Positions 8,697-19,035 of a stretch of DNA of 64,000 bases are shown here, piece after piece. Both the position numbers and the translations under genes were made by a program. Under the pieces are notes generated by a model. It did no database searches, was not told where the DNA came from, and worked only from the letters and a program-made list of their open reading frames with translations. The stretch lies in NCBI GenBank assembly GCA_965219685.1, contig CBDCOH010000002.1, positions 1,184,001 through 1,248,000 of the forward strand. Reading direction: 5' to 3'. Source of the stretch: Candidatus Spongiisociaceae bacterium. GTDB lineage: Bacteria > Actinomycetota > Acidimicrobiia > Spongiisociales > Spongiisociaceae. Numbering within the stretch: the first letter of the stretch is position 1; every line of letters begins with the position of its first letter.

Positions 8697-9215
8697 CTAA
8701 GGGTCGACCGGCACCAGGCGTAGACCCATCGACGGGCTCCGGGGCTGGCAGCCCAGGACGGTCTCCGGATCGACGTAGATCCCCCCGATTCGTACCGAGA
8801 AATGCAGATCGTCGTGGATTGGTCCCGGACTCAGGAGTCCCAGCCGGGTTCCGCGCTCAACGCGTTGGCCTCTTGTCACCGTGGGCCCGCCCAGATACGA
8901 GTAGCTCGTCACGAGCTGTCCACCGTGATCGACGCTGACCACCAGGTTGCCGGCGACCTCGCCCGCGAAGGCAACGCGGCCCCTGGCAGCCGCTCCGGCG
9001 TATCCGTCCGAGTCGCCGGAATAGTCGATCCCCCAGTGGCCCTCGTATCCGGGTCCGGGGTCGAACCGGTGGGTGGTCACGCCATCGCTGGGTGGATCGA
9101 GACCGACGCAGGATAGGTTCCCTCCTCCGGTTGTCGGCAGCGCAGCCGGGAACTGACCTACCGACATCGGTAGCGCGATGAGGATGCCCAGGATCGTCGG
9201 GCAGAGTGAAGCCAT
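8697..9215 (-). CDS. M23 family metallopeptidase, secreted
   Basis: Signal peptide, HWGID, LHFSVRIGGIYVDP; the usual YxH His appears as YSYL; RBS AAGGAG. Confidence 0.8.
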   Translation of the reverse strand: MASLCPTILGILIALPMSVGQFPAALPTTGGGNLSCVGLDPPSDGVTTHRFDPGPGYEGHWGIDYSGDSDGYAGAAARGRVAFAGEVAGNLVVSVDHGGQLVTSYSYLGGPTVTRGQRVERGTRLGLLSPGPIHDDLHFSVRIGGIYVDPETVLGCQPRSPSMGLRLVPVDP

Positions 9216-9470
9216 GAAAACACTCCTTGCCTCCCGTCGCCTTGCCGAACAGAGTCAGCGCCGCCACGGCATCGCCCGATCTACCGGCGCTCGGGCCCAG
9301 CCGTCTACCCCGGAAGGTAACCCGCAGGGTCGACCTTGCCAAGGGGTCTGTGGGGACCGGTCTCACGGCGGTCGCCGCTGCTGTCGATCGCCGCATGCCT
9401 GAACCAACTCACCGCCTGAACTAACCTGGAAACCCGGGCCATTCTTTCGCGTTAGACGAGGTCGCTCAGG

Positions 9471-10802
9471 ATGCGAATCATCATCGTTGGTGCCGGTGCG
9501 ATCGGCGGTTACATCGCCGAGCGCCTGTCACTGGAAGGCCAGGACGTCGTGGTCGTCGAGATCAATCCCAAGCGCGCCGCGGAGATCCGGAACCGCCTGG
9601 ACGCCCTGGTGATAACCGGCAACGGCGCCAGCGCATCCATTCTGGCCGAAGCAGGCGCCGATGAAGCCGACCTGCTGCTGGCCGTCTCGACCAGCGACGG
9701 CGCCAACATCATCGCCTGTCACACGGCCACGAAGATGGGTGTTCCGCGCACGGTGGCACGGGTCCAGGATCCAGGGTTGAAGGACGGCTTGGAGGGCCTG
9801 GACGTTGACTTCGTGATCGATCCGGTCGAGTCGGCCGCCAGGGAGATAGCGGCTCTGGTAAGCGAGTCGGGGGTGTCCGAGTTGATCGAGTTCGGAGGAG
9901 GGAAGCTCGCCCTCGTGGGCGGTACCGCGACCGCGCTCTCCCCGCTACTCGGCATCCCCCTCAGGAGGATACGCGGCCGCTTCACCGAGTTCCGCTGGCT
10001 GGCGATCGCCGTCGTGCGCAACGGCATCACGATCGTGGCTCACGGTGACACGACGATACGCGAGGGCGACCATCTCCTGCTCATGGTGCGGAGCCACAAC
10101 GTGGAGCGGGCCAAGACCCTCATCGGGATCCGCGGTCCCAAGATACGCCGGGCACTGATCATCGGAACCACCCGGGTGGCGCGTCTGACAGCCGACCATC
10201 TCGTTGAGACCGGCCTACCGATCGTGGTCGTCGACCCTGACATGAGTCGTTGCCGCGCTGTAGCTGAGCGCCATCCGTCGGCCTTGGTGATCGCCGGTGA
10301 CCCGACCGACCCGGAGGTGTACGACGATCTGGGGATCGATCAGGGCGACGCGGTGGTGGCCCTCACCGGTATCGACTCGATCAACCTCATCGGATCGCTG
10401 GTCGCGAAGGCGCTGGGCGCCTCCACGACGATCACGCGCGTCACGCGCATGAGCTACGTGGGACTCCTGGCCGGTATAGGAGTGGACACCACGGTGTCGA
10501 CCAGGCTGGCCGCCGCTGCGCAGATCCTTCGCTTCGTCCGCCGGGGCACCGTCCACTCGGTCGCCACCTTCTCCGACACCGATGCGGAGGTGATAGAACT
10601 CGAAGTAGATCCTGCTTCGGAGGCGGTGGGACACACCCTGCTCGAACTGCCGTTGCCGTCCGGCGCGGTGATCGGGGGAATCCTGAGAGGGGACAGTTCC
10701 TTCGTCCCATCGGGTGTCACCTCCATCAGGGCCCACGATCACCTGATCATCTTCACCATCCCGACCGCGATGGCAAGAGTCGAAACCCTGTTCACTACGT
10801 GA
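9471..10802 (+). CDS. trkA: Trk system potassium transporter NAD-binding subunit
   Basis: MRIIIVGAGAIG, two RCK N/C pairs, 443 aa. Confidence 0.93.
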   Translation: MRIIIVGAGAIGGYIAERLSLEGQDVVVVEINPKRAAEIRNRLDALVITGNGASASILAEAGADEADLLLAVSTSDGANIIACHTATKMGVPRTVARVQDPGLKDGLEGLDVDFVIDPVESAAREIAALVSESGVSELIEFGGGKLALVGGTATALSPLLGIPLRRIRGRFTEFRWLAIAVVRNGITIVAHGDTTIREGDHLLLMVRSHNVERAKTLIGIRGPKIRRALIIGTTRVARLTADHLVETGLPIVVVDPDMSRCRAVAERHPSALVIAGDPTDPEVYDDLGIDQGDAVVALTGIDSINLIGSLVAKALGASTTITRVTRMSYVGLLAGIGVDTTVSTRLAAAAQILRFVRRGTVHSVATFSDTDAEVIELEVDPASEAVGHTLLELPLPSGAVIGGILRGDSSFVPSGVTSIRAHDHLIIFTIPTAMARVETLFTT

Positions 10803-10836
10803 GACGGTCCGGGAGCCTGAGCAGGGGTATCCGCCG

Positions 10837-12342
10837 GTGAGCGACCGCGACCTTCCGACCGAGTCGCGGTTCTTCCTGCGACGGCCGGGTCCCACCTTCC
10901 GCCGGCTCTTCTACGTGATCGGAGCCGTGGTGGTGGCGGCCGGGACCGCCATGTTTCCGGCAGCGGTCACCGCGCTCATCTACCGGGAACAGGAAGTTGC
11001 CGCCTGGATCACGTTGTCGGGGGTGCTCACGATCCTGGCCGGACTGTTCGGCTGGCGAGTGATGGGTCGTCCCGGGACCCTCACCACCAAGGAGGGGTTC
11101 GCCTCGGTAGGCTTCGCCTGGTTCGCCATGGCATGCTTCGGAATGCTCCCGTACCTGCTGACCGGAACCATCGACAACCTCACCGACGCACTCTTCGAGA
11201 CCGTGTCCGGCTTCACCACCACCGGCGCCACCTTGATCCCCGATCCGGCCGCTATGCCCCGCGGCATTCTCATGTGGAGGTCCACCACCCAGTGGCTGGG
11301 CGGCATGGGCGTGATCGTCCTGTCGCTGGCCGTCCTCCCCGTCCTCGGAACCGGCGGGGTACAGCTGGCTCGGGCCGAGTCGCCCGGGCCCGAACCCGAT
11401 CGGTTGACGCCTCGATTCCGGGAAACCGCCAAGAGGCTGTGGTACATCTACGCCTTGTTGACGCTGGTGGAGATCCTGCTCCTATGGGCGGGGGACATGA
11501 CGCTCTTCCAGGCCATCAACCACTCCTTCACCAACATGGCCACCGGCGGGTTCAGCACCGAAGCCACCTCCATCGACGGTTTCAGCCCGTACGTGCAGTG
11601 GGTGGTGATCGCTTTCATGTTGATTTCCGGAACCTCATTCGCGCTGCACTTCCGAGCCCTGAGGTATCCCGGCCGGTACCTCAAGAACACCGAGTTCAGG
11701 TTGTTCACCGGGATCGTGGCGGTCGCCACCCTGGTCATGATCCTGAGCCTGTGGGGGCAGGCGCCTGCAGCCGACGTCATACGCGACTCGGTCTTCACAT
11801 CTATGTCCCTGGTCACCGGCACCGGATACGCGACCGCCGACTTCGGCGCCTGGATACCGGCTCTCCAGCTGTTCGTGGTCGGCCTGATGTTCCTGGGCGG
11901 TATGGCGGGATCGACCACCGGCGGCATCAAGATCTACCGCATGGGTGTGCTGGTCAGGGCGGCCGCGGCCGACCTGAGGCGCCTCATCCACCCTCGCGGG
12001 ATCTTCTTGATCAGGTTCGGCTCGAAGCGGGTGCACGAGCACATCGTGCAGAGTGTCCAGTCGTACTTCCTCTTCTTCATGTTCCTCTTCATGACCGGTA
12101 CCTTCCTGCTGGGCTTCCTGGGCGCCATATTCGGGCCCGAACTCAGCCTCGTGGAAGCCGCATCGGCCACCGCCAGCGCGCTCAGCAACTTCGGCCCGGC
12201 GCTCGGTGAGTTGGGGCCGACCGGCAACTATTCCGCCCTGACGTGGCCCGGCAAGTGGCTGCTGGCGTTTCTCATGATCGCGGGCCGGCTCGAGATCTTC
12301 CCCGTCCTCCTATTGTTCACCCGATCCCTCTGGAGGAAATAG
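10837..12342 (+). CDS. trkH: Trk system potassium uptake membrane protein
   Basis: FETVSGFTTTGAT, QWLGGMG, GGMAGSTTGGIK, GRLEIF. Confidence 0.95.
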   Translation: MSDRDLPTESRFFLRRPGPTFRRLFYVIGAVVVAAGTAMFPAAVTALIYREQEVAAWITLSGVLTILAGLFGWRVMGRPGTLTTKEGFASVGFAWFAMACFGMLPYLLTGTIDNLTDALFETVSGFTTTGATLIPDPAAMPRGILMWRSTTQWLGGMGVIVLSLAVLPVLGTGGVQLARAESPGPEPDRLTPRFRETAKRLWYIYALLTLVEILLLWAGDMTLFQAINHSFTNMATGGFSTEATSIDGFSPYVQWVVIAFMLISGTSFALHFRALRYPGRYLKNTEFRLFTGIVAVATLVMILSLWGQAPAADVIRDSVFTSMSLVTGTGYATADFGAWIPALQLFVVGLMFLGGMAGSTTGGIKIYRMGVLVRAAAADLRRLIHPRGIFLIRFGSKRVHEHIVQSVQSYFLFFMFLFMTGTFLLGFLGAIFGPELSLVEAASATASALSNFGPALGELGPTGNYSALTWPGKWLLAFLMIAGRLEIFPVLLLFTRSLWRK

Positions 12343-12398
12343 TTGTTAGTTGTTAGTTGTTAGTTGATTATGACTAGCGACTAGCGACTAGCACTACC
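12340..12398. repeat. Heptamer repeats (TAGTTGT)x~4 and (GACTAGC)x3 at the convergent trkH/proB stops
   Basis: Read directly; first unit begins with the trkH TAG stop. Confidence 0.85.
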
Positions 12399-13495
12399 AG
12401 GTGGTCTCGGTGAATGACTTCGCCTACTGAGCCGATCTCTGTGGAACGCTTTCCCATCCGGAGCCGCAGCTCGGACGAGCCGGCGCTGACCAACCCTTTG
12501 CCTACCAGGGAGCCGGCCGGATCGTAAACCTCGACGGCCGCTCCCGCCGCGAAGTCACCCTCCACGCCGACTACTCCCACCGAGAGCAACGAGCTGCCGC
12601 GTCTCACCAAGGCTCGCACGGCGCCGTCGTCGATCCGGAGCCGGCCCTCGGGCTGCTGGCCGAAGGCAAGCCACAGCTTGCGCGCCGGCAGTCTGGCGGT
12701 TCCCGGCAGCACGTAGGTCCCCGTCTCCTCCCCGTCGATGATGCTCCGGACCACGCCCGGTCGGGCCGACCGGGCGATGACGGTGGGGATCCCGGACCAG
12801 GCCGCCATGCGGGCGGCTTCTATCTTGGTCCCCACCCCTCCCGATCCGATCGGCCCGGCGGATCCCGGAGCCAGCCGGTCCAGCAACGGATCGCTGTGCC
12901 GGATGACCGAGATCGGTTCGCCCTCGCCGGAGCGGGGATCCGCCGAGTAGAGGCCGTCCGTGTCGGTGAGAATCACCAGCATCCCGGCTCCTACCAGGTG
13001 CGAGACGATGGCCGCCAAGCGGTCGTTGTCCCCCATCTTCAACTCTTCGACGGCCACGGTGTCGTTCTCGTTGACGATCGGCACGATGGAGTTGTCGAGC
13101 ATCCTCTGGAGCGCCCCTCGGGCGTGGAGGTACTGGGAACGCATCGACAGGATGTCCAGGGTTATCAGTACCTGGCCGACCGTGAGTCCCAACTCGCCGA
13201 AGGAGCGGTTGTAGCGGGCCATGAGCAGGGTCTGGCCGACCGCGGCGGCGACCTGCAGGCCGGTGGTGTCGCGGGGCCGGCGTCCCAGTACGGCCGAGCC
13301 TGCCGCTACCGCACCGGACGAGACCAGGACGGTCGGGAACCCGGCATCCCACAGCGTTCCGACCTGCTCGGTCACCCTGACGATGGCGTCGCGGTCGATC
13401 CCGCCTCCCGGCAGGGTGAGGCTGGAAGAGCCTACCTTGAGCACGATCGGCGTCCTGCCGGGGGGCTTGGCGCGGCCGTGCAGGATGTCAGCCAT
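12374..13495 (-). CDS. proB: Glutamate 5-kinase with PUA domain
   Basis: VLKVGSSSLT, VSSGAVAAG, PIVNENDTV, GDNDRLAA; start chosen at MADIL, overlapping the obg stop. Confidence 0.95.
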   Translation of the reverse strand: MADILHGRAKPPGRTPIVLKVGSSSLTLPGGGIDRDAIVRVTEQVGTLWDAGFPTVLVSSGAVAAGSAVLGRRPRDTTGLQVAAAVGQTLLMARYNRSFGELGLTVGQVLITLDILSMRSQYLHARGALQRMLDNSIVPIVNENDTVAVEELKMGDNDRLAAIVSHLVGAGMLVILTDTDGLYSADPRSGEGEPISVIRHSDPLLDRLAPGSAGPIGSGGVGTKIEAARMAAWSGIPTVIARSARPGVVRSIIDGEETGTYVLPGTARLPARKLWLAFGQQPEGRLRIDDGAVRALVRRGSSLLSVGVVGVEGDFAAGAAVEVYDPAGSLVGKGLVSAGSSELRLRMGKRSTEIGSVGEVIHRDHLVVLVASR

Positions 13496-14747
13496 CCTCG
13501 GACTCCCAGAACTCGAATAGGTGAGCGCCGATCCGGACCTCGTCCCCCTCCCGAGCCCCTGCCCGGCGCAGTGCGCCATCCACGCCCAGGCGCGCGAGGC
13601 GCCGGGCGGCCAGGCCGGCGGCCTCCGGTAGCGTGAGATCGTTCAAGGCCACCGCTCGCTCTGCATCGCGCCCCTCCACGACCCACGTACTGTCGACCCG
13701 CTTGACTGAGAAGGTCGGGCCGAGTGGTCGGTGCAGGATGAAGCCCTCGCCGCCCTCCATGTCCCGGTCGGCGAGTTCTACGGTGTCGGCGATACGGTGG
13801 AGCAACTCGTTTATGCCCGTTCCCGAAACGGAACTCACCACCATCGCGTCGGGAACCGTCCGGCGCAGGGCGTCCTGGACCGAGTCCTCGACGCCCAGGT
13901 CCGCCTTGGTCAGGGCCACGATCCTGGGCCGGTCGGCCAACTCGGGGTCGTGAGCCCTCAGTTCGCGGCGCAGCACCTCGTACTGGTGTTCCGGAGACAG
14001 TTCCTGGAGTGGGGAGGGATCCACCAGCACCACCAGCACCTTGGCTCTCTCGCAGTGCCGGAGGAACTCGTGACCGAGACCTTTCCCTTCGGCGGCGCCT
14101 TCGATCAGGCCGGGGACGTCGGCCAGAACGAACTCCCGGTCGCCGATCACCACCACCCCGAGATTCGGTTCCAGCGTGGTGAACGGGTAGTCGGCGATCT
14201 TGGGTCGGGCCGCCGATACCCGCGAGATGAGAGTGGACTTCCCGGCGTTCGGAAAGCCGATCAGTGCCGCGTCGGCGACGAGCTTCATCTCGAACGTGAA
14301 TGAACTCCGCTGCCCGTACTCCCCCTGCTCGCAGAAGGTCGGCGCCCGGTTGCGAGGGCTGACGAGCGCGGCGTTACCCCTGCCACCACGGCCACCCTCC
14401 AGCACGACCACCCGTTGTCCATGTTCCACGAGGTCGGCGAGCAGGGTCCCGTGGTCGTCGAAGACCACGGTTCCCGGCGGGACCTTGACGATCAGGTCCT
14501 CGCCCCGCCGGCCGTGCCGCAGGTCGGATGATCCATGGGTTCCGCTCCCGGCCGTACGATGGGGGCGGCGCCGGTAGGTCTGCAAGGTTGCCCTGTGGTT
14601 ATCAGCCGCGACTATCACCCTGCCGCCGCGGCCACCCGAGCCGCCGGCGGGTTTCCCCCGGGGCCGCCGTCCTTCCTTGATGAACGACACCGCTCCGGCC
14701 CCGCCGTTGCCAGAGCGGAGATGTACGCGGACATGGTCTACGAACAC
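13488..14747 (-). CDS. obg: GTPase ObgE/CgtA
   Basis: Gly-rich N domain, GFPNAGKST, ADYPFTTLEPNLG, DVPGLIEGA, C-terminal OCT domain. Confidence 0.97.
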   Translation of the reverse strand: MFVDHVRVHLRSGNGGAGAVSFIKEGRRPRGKPAGGSGGRGGRVIVAADNHRATLQTYRRRPHRTAGSGTHGSSDLRHGRRGEDLIVKVPPGTVVFDDHGTLLADLVEHGQRVVVLEGGRGGRGNAALVSPRNRAPTFCEQGEYGQRSSFTFEMKLVADAALIGFPNAGKSTLISRVSAARPKIADYPFTTLEPNLGVVVIGDREFVLADVPGLIEGAAEGKGLGHEFLRHCERAKVLVVLVDPSPLQELSPEHQYEVLRRELRAHDPELADRPRIVALTKADLGVEDSVQDALRRTVPDAMVVSSVSGTGINELLHRIADTVELADRDMEGGEGFILHRPLGPTFSVKRVDSTWVVEGRDAERAVALNDLTLPEAAGLAARRLARLGVDGALRRAGAREGDEVRIGAHLFEFWESEDG

Positions 14748-14829
14748 GGCGCCAGTCCTTGGTCGACAGGTATCAGCCGGTAGTCTGAAGTGGCAGTGAA
14801 TACTACTGGCGGCTACCGACCAGCAACGA

Positions 14830-15078
14830 CTAGCTGAGGACGCTCACCCGCCGGCGACCGTGCCGCATGTGGTACTTGACCGTTCCCTCCTTGAGGGCGA
14901 AGAGCGTGTCGTCGCCTCCCCGGCCAACGTTGTCTCCGGGATGGATGCGCGTTCCCCGCTGGCGCACGAGGATGGTTCCGGCGTTGATGTACTGGCCGTC
15001 GAAGACCTTCGGACCGAGCCGCTTCGCCTGCGAATCGCGCCCGTTCTTGGTCGAGCCTCCGCCTTTCGTCTTGGACAT
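14830..15078 (-). CDS. rpmA: 50S ribosomal protein L27
   Basis: [37 protein letters not shown]. Confidence 0.98.
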   Translation of the reverse strand: MSKTKGGGSTKNGRDSQAKRLGPKVFDGQYINAGTILVRQRGTRIHPGDNVGRGGDDTLFALKEGTVKYHMRHGRRRVSVLS

Positions 15079-15094
15079 CCTGGCCTCCCTAGGG

Positions 15095-15406
15095 CTATGC
15101 CGAACCGATCCGTAGGATCTCGAGCCTCGTGTAACGCTGACGGTGCCCCTTCCGCCGACGGTAACCGGTCTTGTTCTTGTACTTGAAGATGTCGATCTTA
15201 CGGCCCTTCACCTCGCCCAACACGCGGGCGGTGACCGCCAGGCCGCCGAGAGTCGCCTTGTCAGTGACGGCGGTACCGTCGTCACCGACTACGAGCAAGG
15301 GGGTGAACGTCACGTGGCTATCGGCGTCCTTGAGCAGTTCGACATCGAGGACGTCTCCGGCCGAAACCCTCGCCTGCTTGCCGCCGGAGCGGATGATTGC
15401 GTACAT
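15095..15406 (-). CDS. rplU: 50S ribosomal protein L21
   Basis: [11 protein letters not shown]...[20 protein letters not shown]. Confidence 0.97.
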   Translation of the reverse strand: MYAIIRSGGKQARVSAGDVLDVELLKDADSHVTFTPLLVVGDDGTAVTDKATLGGLAVTARVLGEVKGRKIDIFKYKNKTGYRRRKGHRQRYTRLEILRIGSA

Positions 15407-15607
15407 GTCAGACCCGAGCCCTTTCGCCGGAGGGAAGTCTAGGAGAGTGACGGGCCGTAATCCAGCAGCCTGCCGATCCGGAGACAACATAACCGAACCG
15501 GGTCGATGGTCCAAAGCAGGACGACCGAGTTCGGCGAGGGTCGAGTTGCTCCCTTCCCTTCCCCATACGTCACGATCCGTGCGGTTACGGCAGCCGGCCC
15601 CTGCAGG

Positions 15608-17152
15608 CTAGCTGCCAACCCTGCTGATCGGGGTTCCCGCCGTGGCGGCCATCTCGTGGAGGACGAGACCCCTCCCGTCACAGGTCGGACAGGAGTCGGA
15701 GAAGGCCTCCACCAGCCCGCTCGACACGTTCTTGCGGGTCATCTCCACCAGACCGAGACTCGAGACGGAATGAACCTGCGTGGTGGTCTTGTCACGGGCC
15801 AGAGCGCTGCGAAGCCGGGTCAGGACCTCCTCGCGGTTCTTCTTGATCTCCATGTCGATGAAGTCGATCACGATGATCCCGCCAATGTCGCGCAGCCTCA
15901 ACTGGCGTGCGATCTCCTCGGCGGCCTCCAGGTTGTTGTGCAGCACCGTGTCCTCGAGGTTCTGCTTGCCGACGAACTTTCCGGTGTTCACATCGACCGC
16001 TGTCAGAGCCTCGGTGCGATCGATCACCAGATGCCCGCCGGAGGGGAGCCAGACCTTGCGATCCATCGCCCGCCGCAGTTGATCGTCGACCTGGAACCGT
16101 GTGAACAAGGTCTGGTCGCGTTCCTCGCTGTAGTGCACCTTCGACACCAGGCTCGGCGCCACCTCTTTCAGGTACTTGAGCAGTGCCTGGTAAGCGTCGT
16201 GGTCGTCGATCAGAAGCCTCCTGAACTCCTGGGTGAAGTGCTCCCGGATGGCCCGGATCAGCAGGCTCGGCTCCTTGTGAACGACCCGCGGCGCCGAACC
16301 GCCCTTCCTGGCCTCTTCGATCTTCCGCCAACGGGTGACGAGCCGCTCGATCTCGGACGCGATCTCCGCCTTGGAGGCCCCTGCCGCGGCGGTGCGGACG
16401 ATGACCCCGAACTTGTCGGGCTTCTGCGTCTCGATGACCTGGCGGAGGCGCACACGTTCCTTCTGCGGCAGCCGCCGCGAGATGCCCATCATGTTGTTGG
16501 ACGGGGACAGGACCAGATGGCGGCCCGGCAGGGTCACCTGGCTGGTCAGGCGGGGACCCTTCCCGCCCATCGCATCCTTGTCGACCTGCACCAGCAGACG
16601 CTGGCCCTGCTTGAGCAGTTGCTCGATCCGAGGGCCGCGTCCATGGGTGCGGCGCCCGGAGTTCAGGTCTCCGGCATAGATGACACCGTTCTTCTCGGTG
16701 CCGATGTCGACGAAGGCTGCTTCGAGGCCGGGGAGCACGCTCCGGACCCTGCCGACATATATGTTGCCCACCAGGGTCTCCTGGTCGGACCGGTGAACGT
16801 AGTGCTCCACCAGCAGCGGACCTTCCAGGACGACCACCTGGGTCTGGTGCGGCAACACCCTGACCAGCATCTGCTTGCGCCCGGCCAGCGGCAGCGGAAC
16901 AACGGTCTTGTGTTCCCGGCGATGCCTGGGAGGACCCTGCTTGTGTCTGCTCCTCTGACGGTCCGGTGACTTCTTCTTCCGGCGGCTGGCGGATCCCCCT
17001 CCCCTTGCCGGAGACTTGGGGGAGGGAAGCTCCCGTACTCTCCGGACCTTGACCGTCCTACCGCCGATCTTCCTGGTAGTCCGTTCTTCGGTGGATTCGT
17101 TGCCGACTCCGCGGCGAAGTACTTCGGCTGTTCTGCGCCGAAATAAAGGCAT
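15608..17152 (-). CDS. rne: Rne/Rng family ribonuclease
   Basis: VGNIYVGRV..VLPGLEAAFVDIG (S1), DVNTGKF, LRDIGGIIVIDFIDM, CPTCDGRG; start MPLFRR after RBS AAGGAG. Confidence 0.93.
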   Translation of the reverse strand: MPLFRRRTAEVLRRGVGNESTEERTTRKIGGRTVKVRRVRELPSPKSPARGGGSASRRKKKSPDRQRSRHKQGPPRHRREHKTVVPLPLAGRKQMLVRVLPHQTQVVVLEGPLLVEHYVHRSDQETLVGNIYVGRVRSVLPGLEAAFVDIGTEKNGVIYAGDLNSGRRTHGRGPRIEQLLKQGQRLLVQVDKDAMGGKGPRLTSQVTLPGRHLVLSPSNNMMGISRRLPQKERVRLRQVIETQKPDKFGVIVRTAAAGASKAEIASEIERLVTRWRKIEEARKGGSAPRVVHKEPSLLIRAIREHFTQEFRRLLIDDHDAYQALLKYLKEVAPSLVSKVHYSEERDQTLFTRFQVDDQLRRAMDRKVWLPSGGHLVIDRTEALTAVDVNTGKFVGKQNLEDTVLHNNLEAAEEIARQLRLRDIGGIIVIDFIDMEIKKNREEVLTRLRSALARDKTTTQVHSVSSLGLVEMTRKNVSSGLVEAFSDSCPTCDGRGLVLHEMAATAGTPISRVGS

Positions 17153-17820
17153 GCGTTCTAACTCCTTGCGTGATTGTGGTGGCCGCGCGGGCAACCCTCG
17201 GAGGTCCGATGGGTGATGGAGCGGCGAGACAAGAGCCTCCAGACCTGCCTTCATGCACTCTGGTTGCATCGGCTGGACCCGGTCGCCCGTCAGCGCGGTT
17301 CTTTCTACTTGTACCCGGTGGTCCGGACTCGCTCCGGACGGGTTTGCTGAGCCTGCACTCCACACCGGTCCCCGCTGCTGCAGCCGGTTCCGCGTGTGTG
17401 AATTCGATTAAGCAGCCCGCGCGGACCCGAACTATCGACGAAACGTCACGCTGGTCGGGGCTGGTCTGGGTGCTCACAGGTCTTCGTGTTCCACAGTTCC
17501 TCGTGATGCCGGGCGTGCGCCGAATCCAGCGATGAATCGGAGTGGGCCTCCAAGCGTGGACAAGGCGGTCATCGCGGGCCAGGCTCATAGCAGACCGCAC
17601 GAGCGGTCCTGAGCAGCCTAGCAGCCCGCTCCGGACTGAGGATCATTCGACTCTACCGGTACGGTCCCCCGCCGGCGGATGACCTGCAACGGTAGTTCCA
17701 AGCCATCCGAAAGAAGTGATTGCTCTTAACTGTTGGTAAACAAAGACATTCGCTAAATCCTTGACCCCAGATAAGTCAGTCTTATCCAATTATCAACTAC
17801 CAACCAATCAATCAATCGGT

Positions 17821-18990
17821 CTAGCGCAGTTGTTGGAACTCCCCCACCGGCGTCCGGGAGCGCCACACGGAGTTCACGATGCCCAGGCCGCCCGCCATGG
17901 CGATCATCGCCGAACCACCGGCGCTCAGGAATGGCAGTGGCAGACCGGTCACCGGTACCAGCCCGATCGTCATACCGATGTTGACGAAGATGTGGAAGGA
18001 GAGCAGGGAGGCCATTCCCACGGCGATGAGGACGCCGAACCGGCTGGGTGCTCCGGCGGCCACCATCAGGACCCGCCACACCAGGATCGAGTAGACGATG
18101 AGCACCGCCGAGCCACCGATGAACCCGAACTGCTCCCCGACGGCTGTGAAGATGAAGTCGGTGGTCTGCGACGGGATGAAGCTAAGCCTGGTCTGGGTCC
18201 CCTGGAAAAGGCCTCGACCGAACAACTGGCCCGACCCGATGGCGATCTGGGACTGGTACAGGTTCCAGTTGACGCCCTGGAGGTCGTAGGTCTGGTCGAA
18301 GTAGCCGGCGAGTCGCTGCATCTGGTAAGTGCGCAACACCTCCAGCTGGAACACGGCTACGATACCGGCCGCACCGGCGATCAGCAGCACCACAATCTGC
18401 CTGATGCCGGTTCCGGCCACGAACAGCATCCCGACGGTGATGAAACCGATGACCAGCATCGTTCCCAGGTCGGGCTGCCGGAAGATCAGGAATCCGGGAA
18501 TGGCGGTCAGCAGCAGCGCCACCCCCAGGCGTCTCCATTTGAGCCTGCGCTCCGACTCGGCGGCCAGGAACGCGGCCAGGACGACGACCAGGGCAACCTT
18601 GGCGAACTCGGAGGGCTGGAACTGGAAGGGTCCTATCGGGATCCACCGGGAGGCGCCCTGGTGCGGAGGGAAGAACAGGACCGCTACCAGCAGGAAGACC
18701 GTCGACACGTAGATCGGGATCAGCAGGCGCCGGTAGTGGCGGTAGTCGAACAGCGATCCGGCGATGAACGCGGCTAGGGCCAGACCTGCGAACACGAACT
18801 GCCGCCGCATGGCTGCTGAGGGATCTCCGATCTCAGCCTCCAGCCGCACGAAGGTAGCCGAGTACACCATAATCCCGCTGAGGGCCATGAGGCCGGCCAT
18901 AAGGATGAACATGACCACGTCGGGCGTGGGTCTGGGGCGGTCCCGGAAGAGTCCGCCCACCCCTTCCAATGTGCGACTTACGACCGCCAT
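17821..18990 (-). CDS. rodA: Rod shape-determining SEDS protein RodA
   Basis: GASRWI, FQPSEFAK, QPDLGT, QSQIAIGSG, TDFIF, PVTGLPLPFLSAGGS. Confidence 0.95.
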   Translation of the reverse strand: MAVVSRTLEGVGGLFRDRPRPTPDVVMFILMAGLMALSGIMVYSATFVRLEAEIGDPSAAMRRQFVFAGLALAAFIAGSLFDYRHYRRLLIPIYVSTVFLLVAVLFFPPHQGASRWIPIGPFQFQPSEFAKVALVVVLAAFLAAESERRLKWRRLGVALLLTAIPGFLIFRQPDLGTMLVIGFITVGMLFVAGTGIRQIVVLLIAGAAGIVAVFQLEVLRTYQMQRLAGYFDQTYDLQGVNWNLYQSQIAIGSGQLFGRGLFQGTQTRLSFIPSQTTDFIFTAVGEQFGFIGGSAVLIVYSILVWRVLMVAAGAPSRFGVLIAVGMASLLSFHIFVNIGMTIGLVPVTGLPLPFLSAGGSAMIAMAGGLGIVNSVWRSRTPVGEFQQLR

Positions 18991-19035
18991 CGGTCCTGCG
19001 GCCTGACTGTCGAGCGGTTCATCTGCCCGCGCCTC

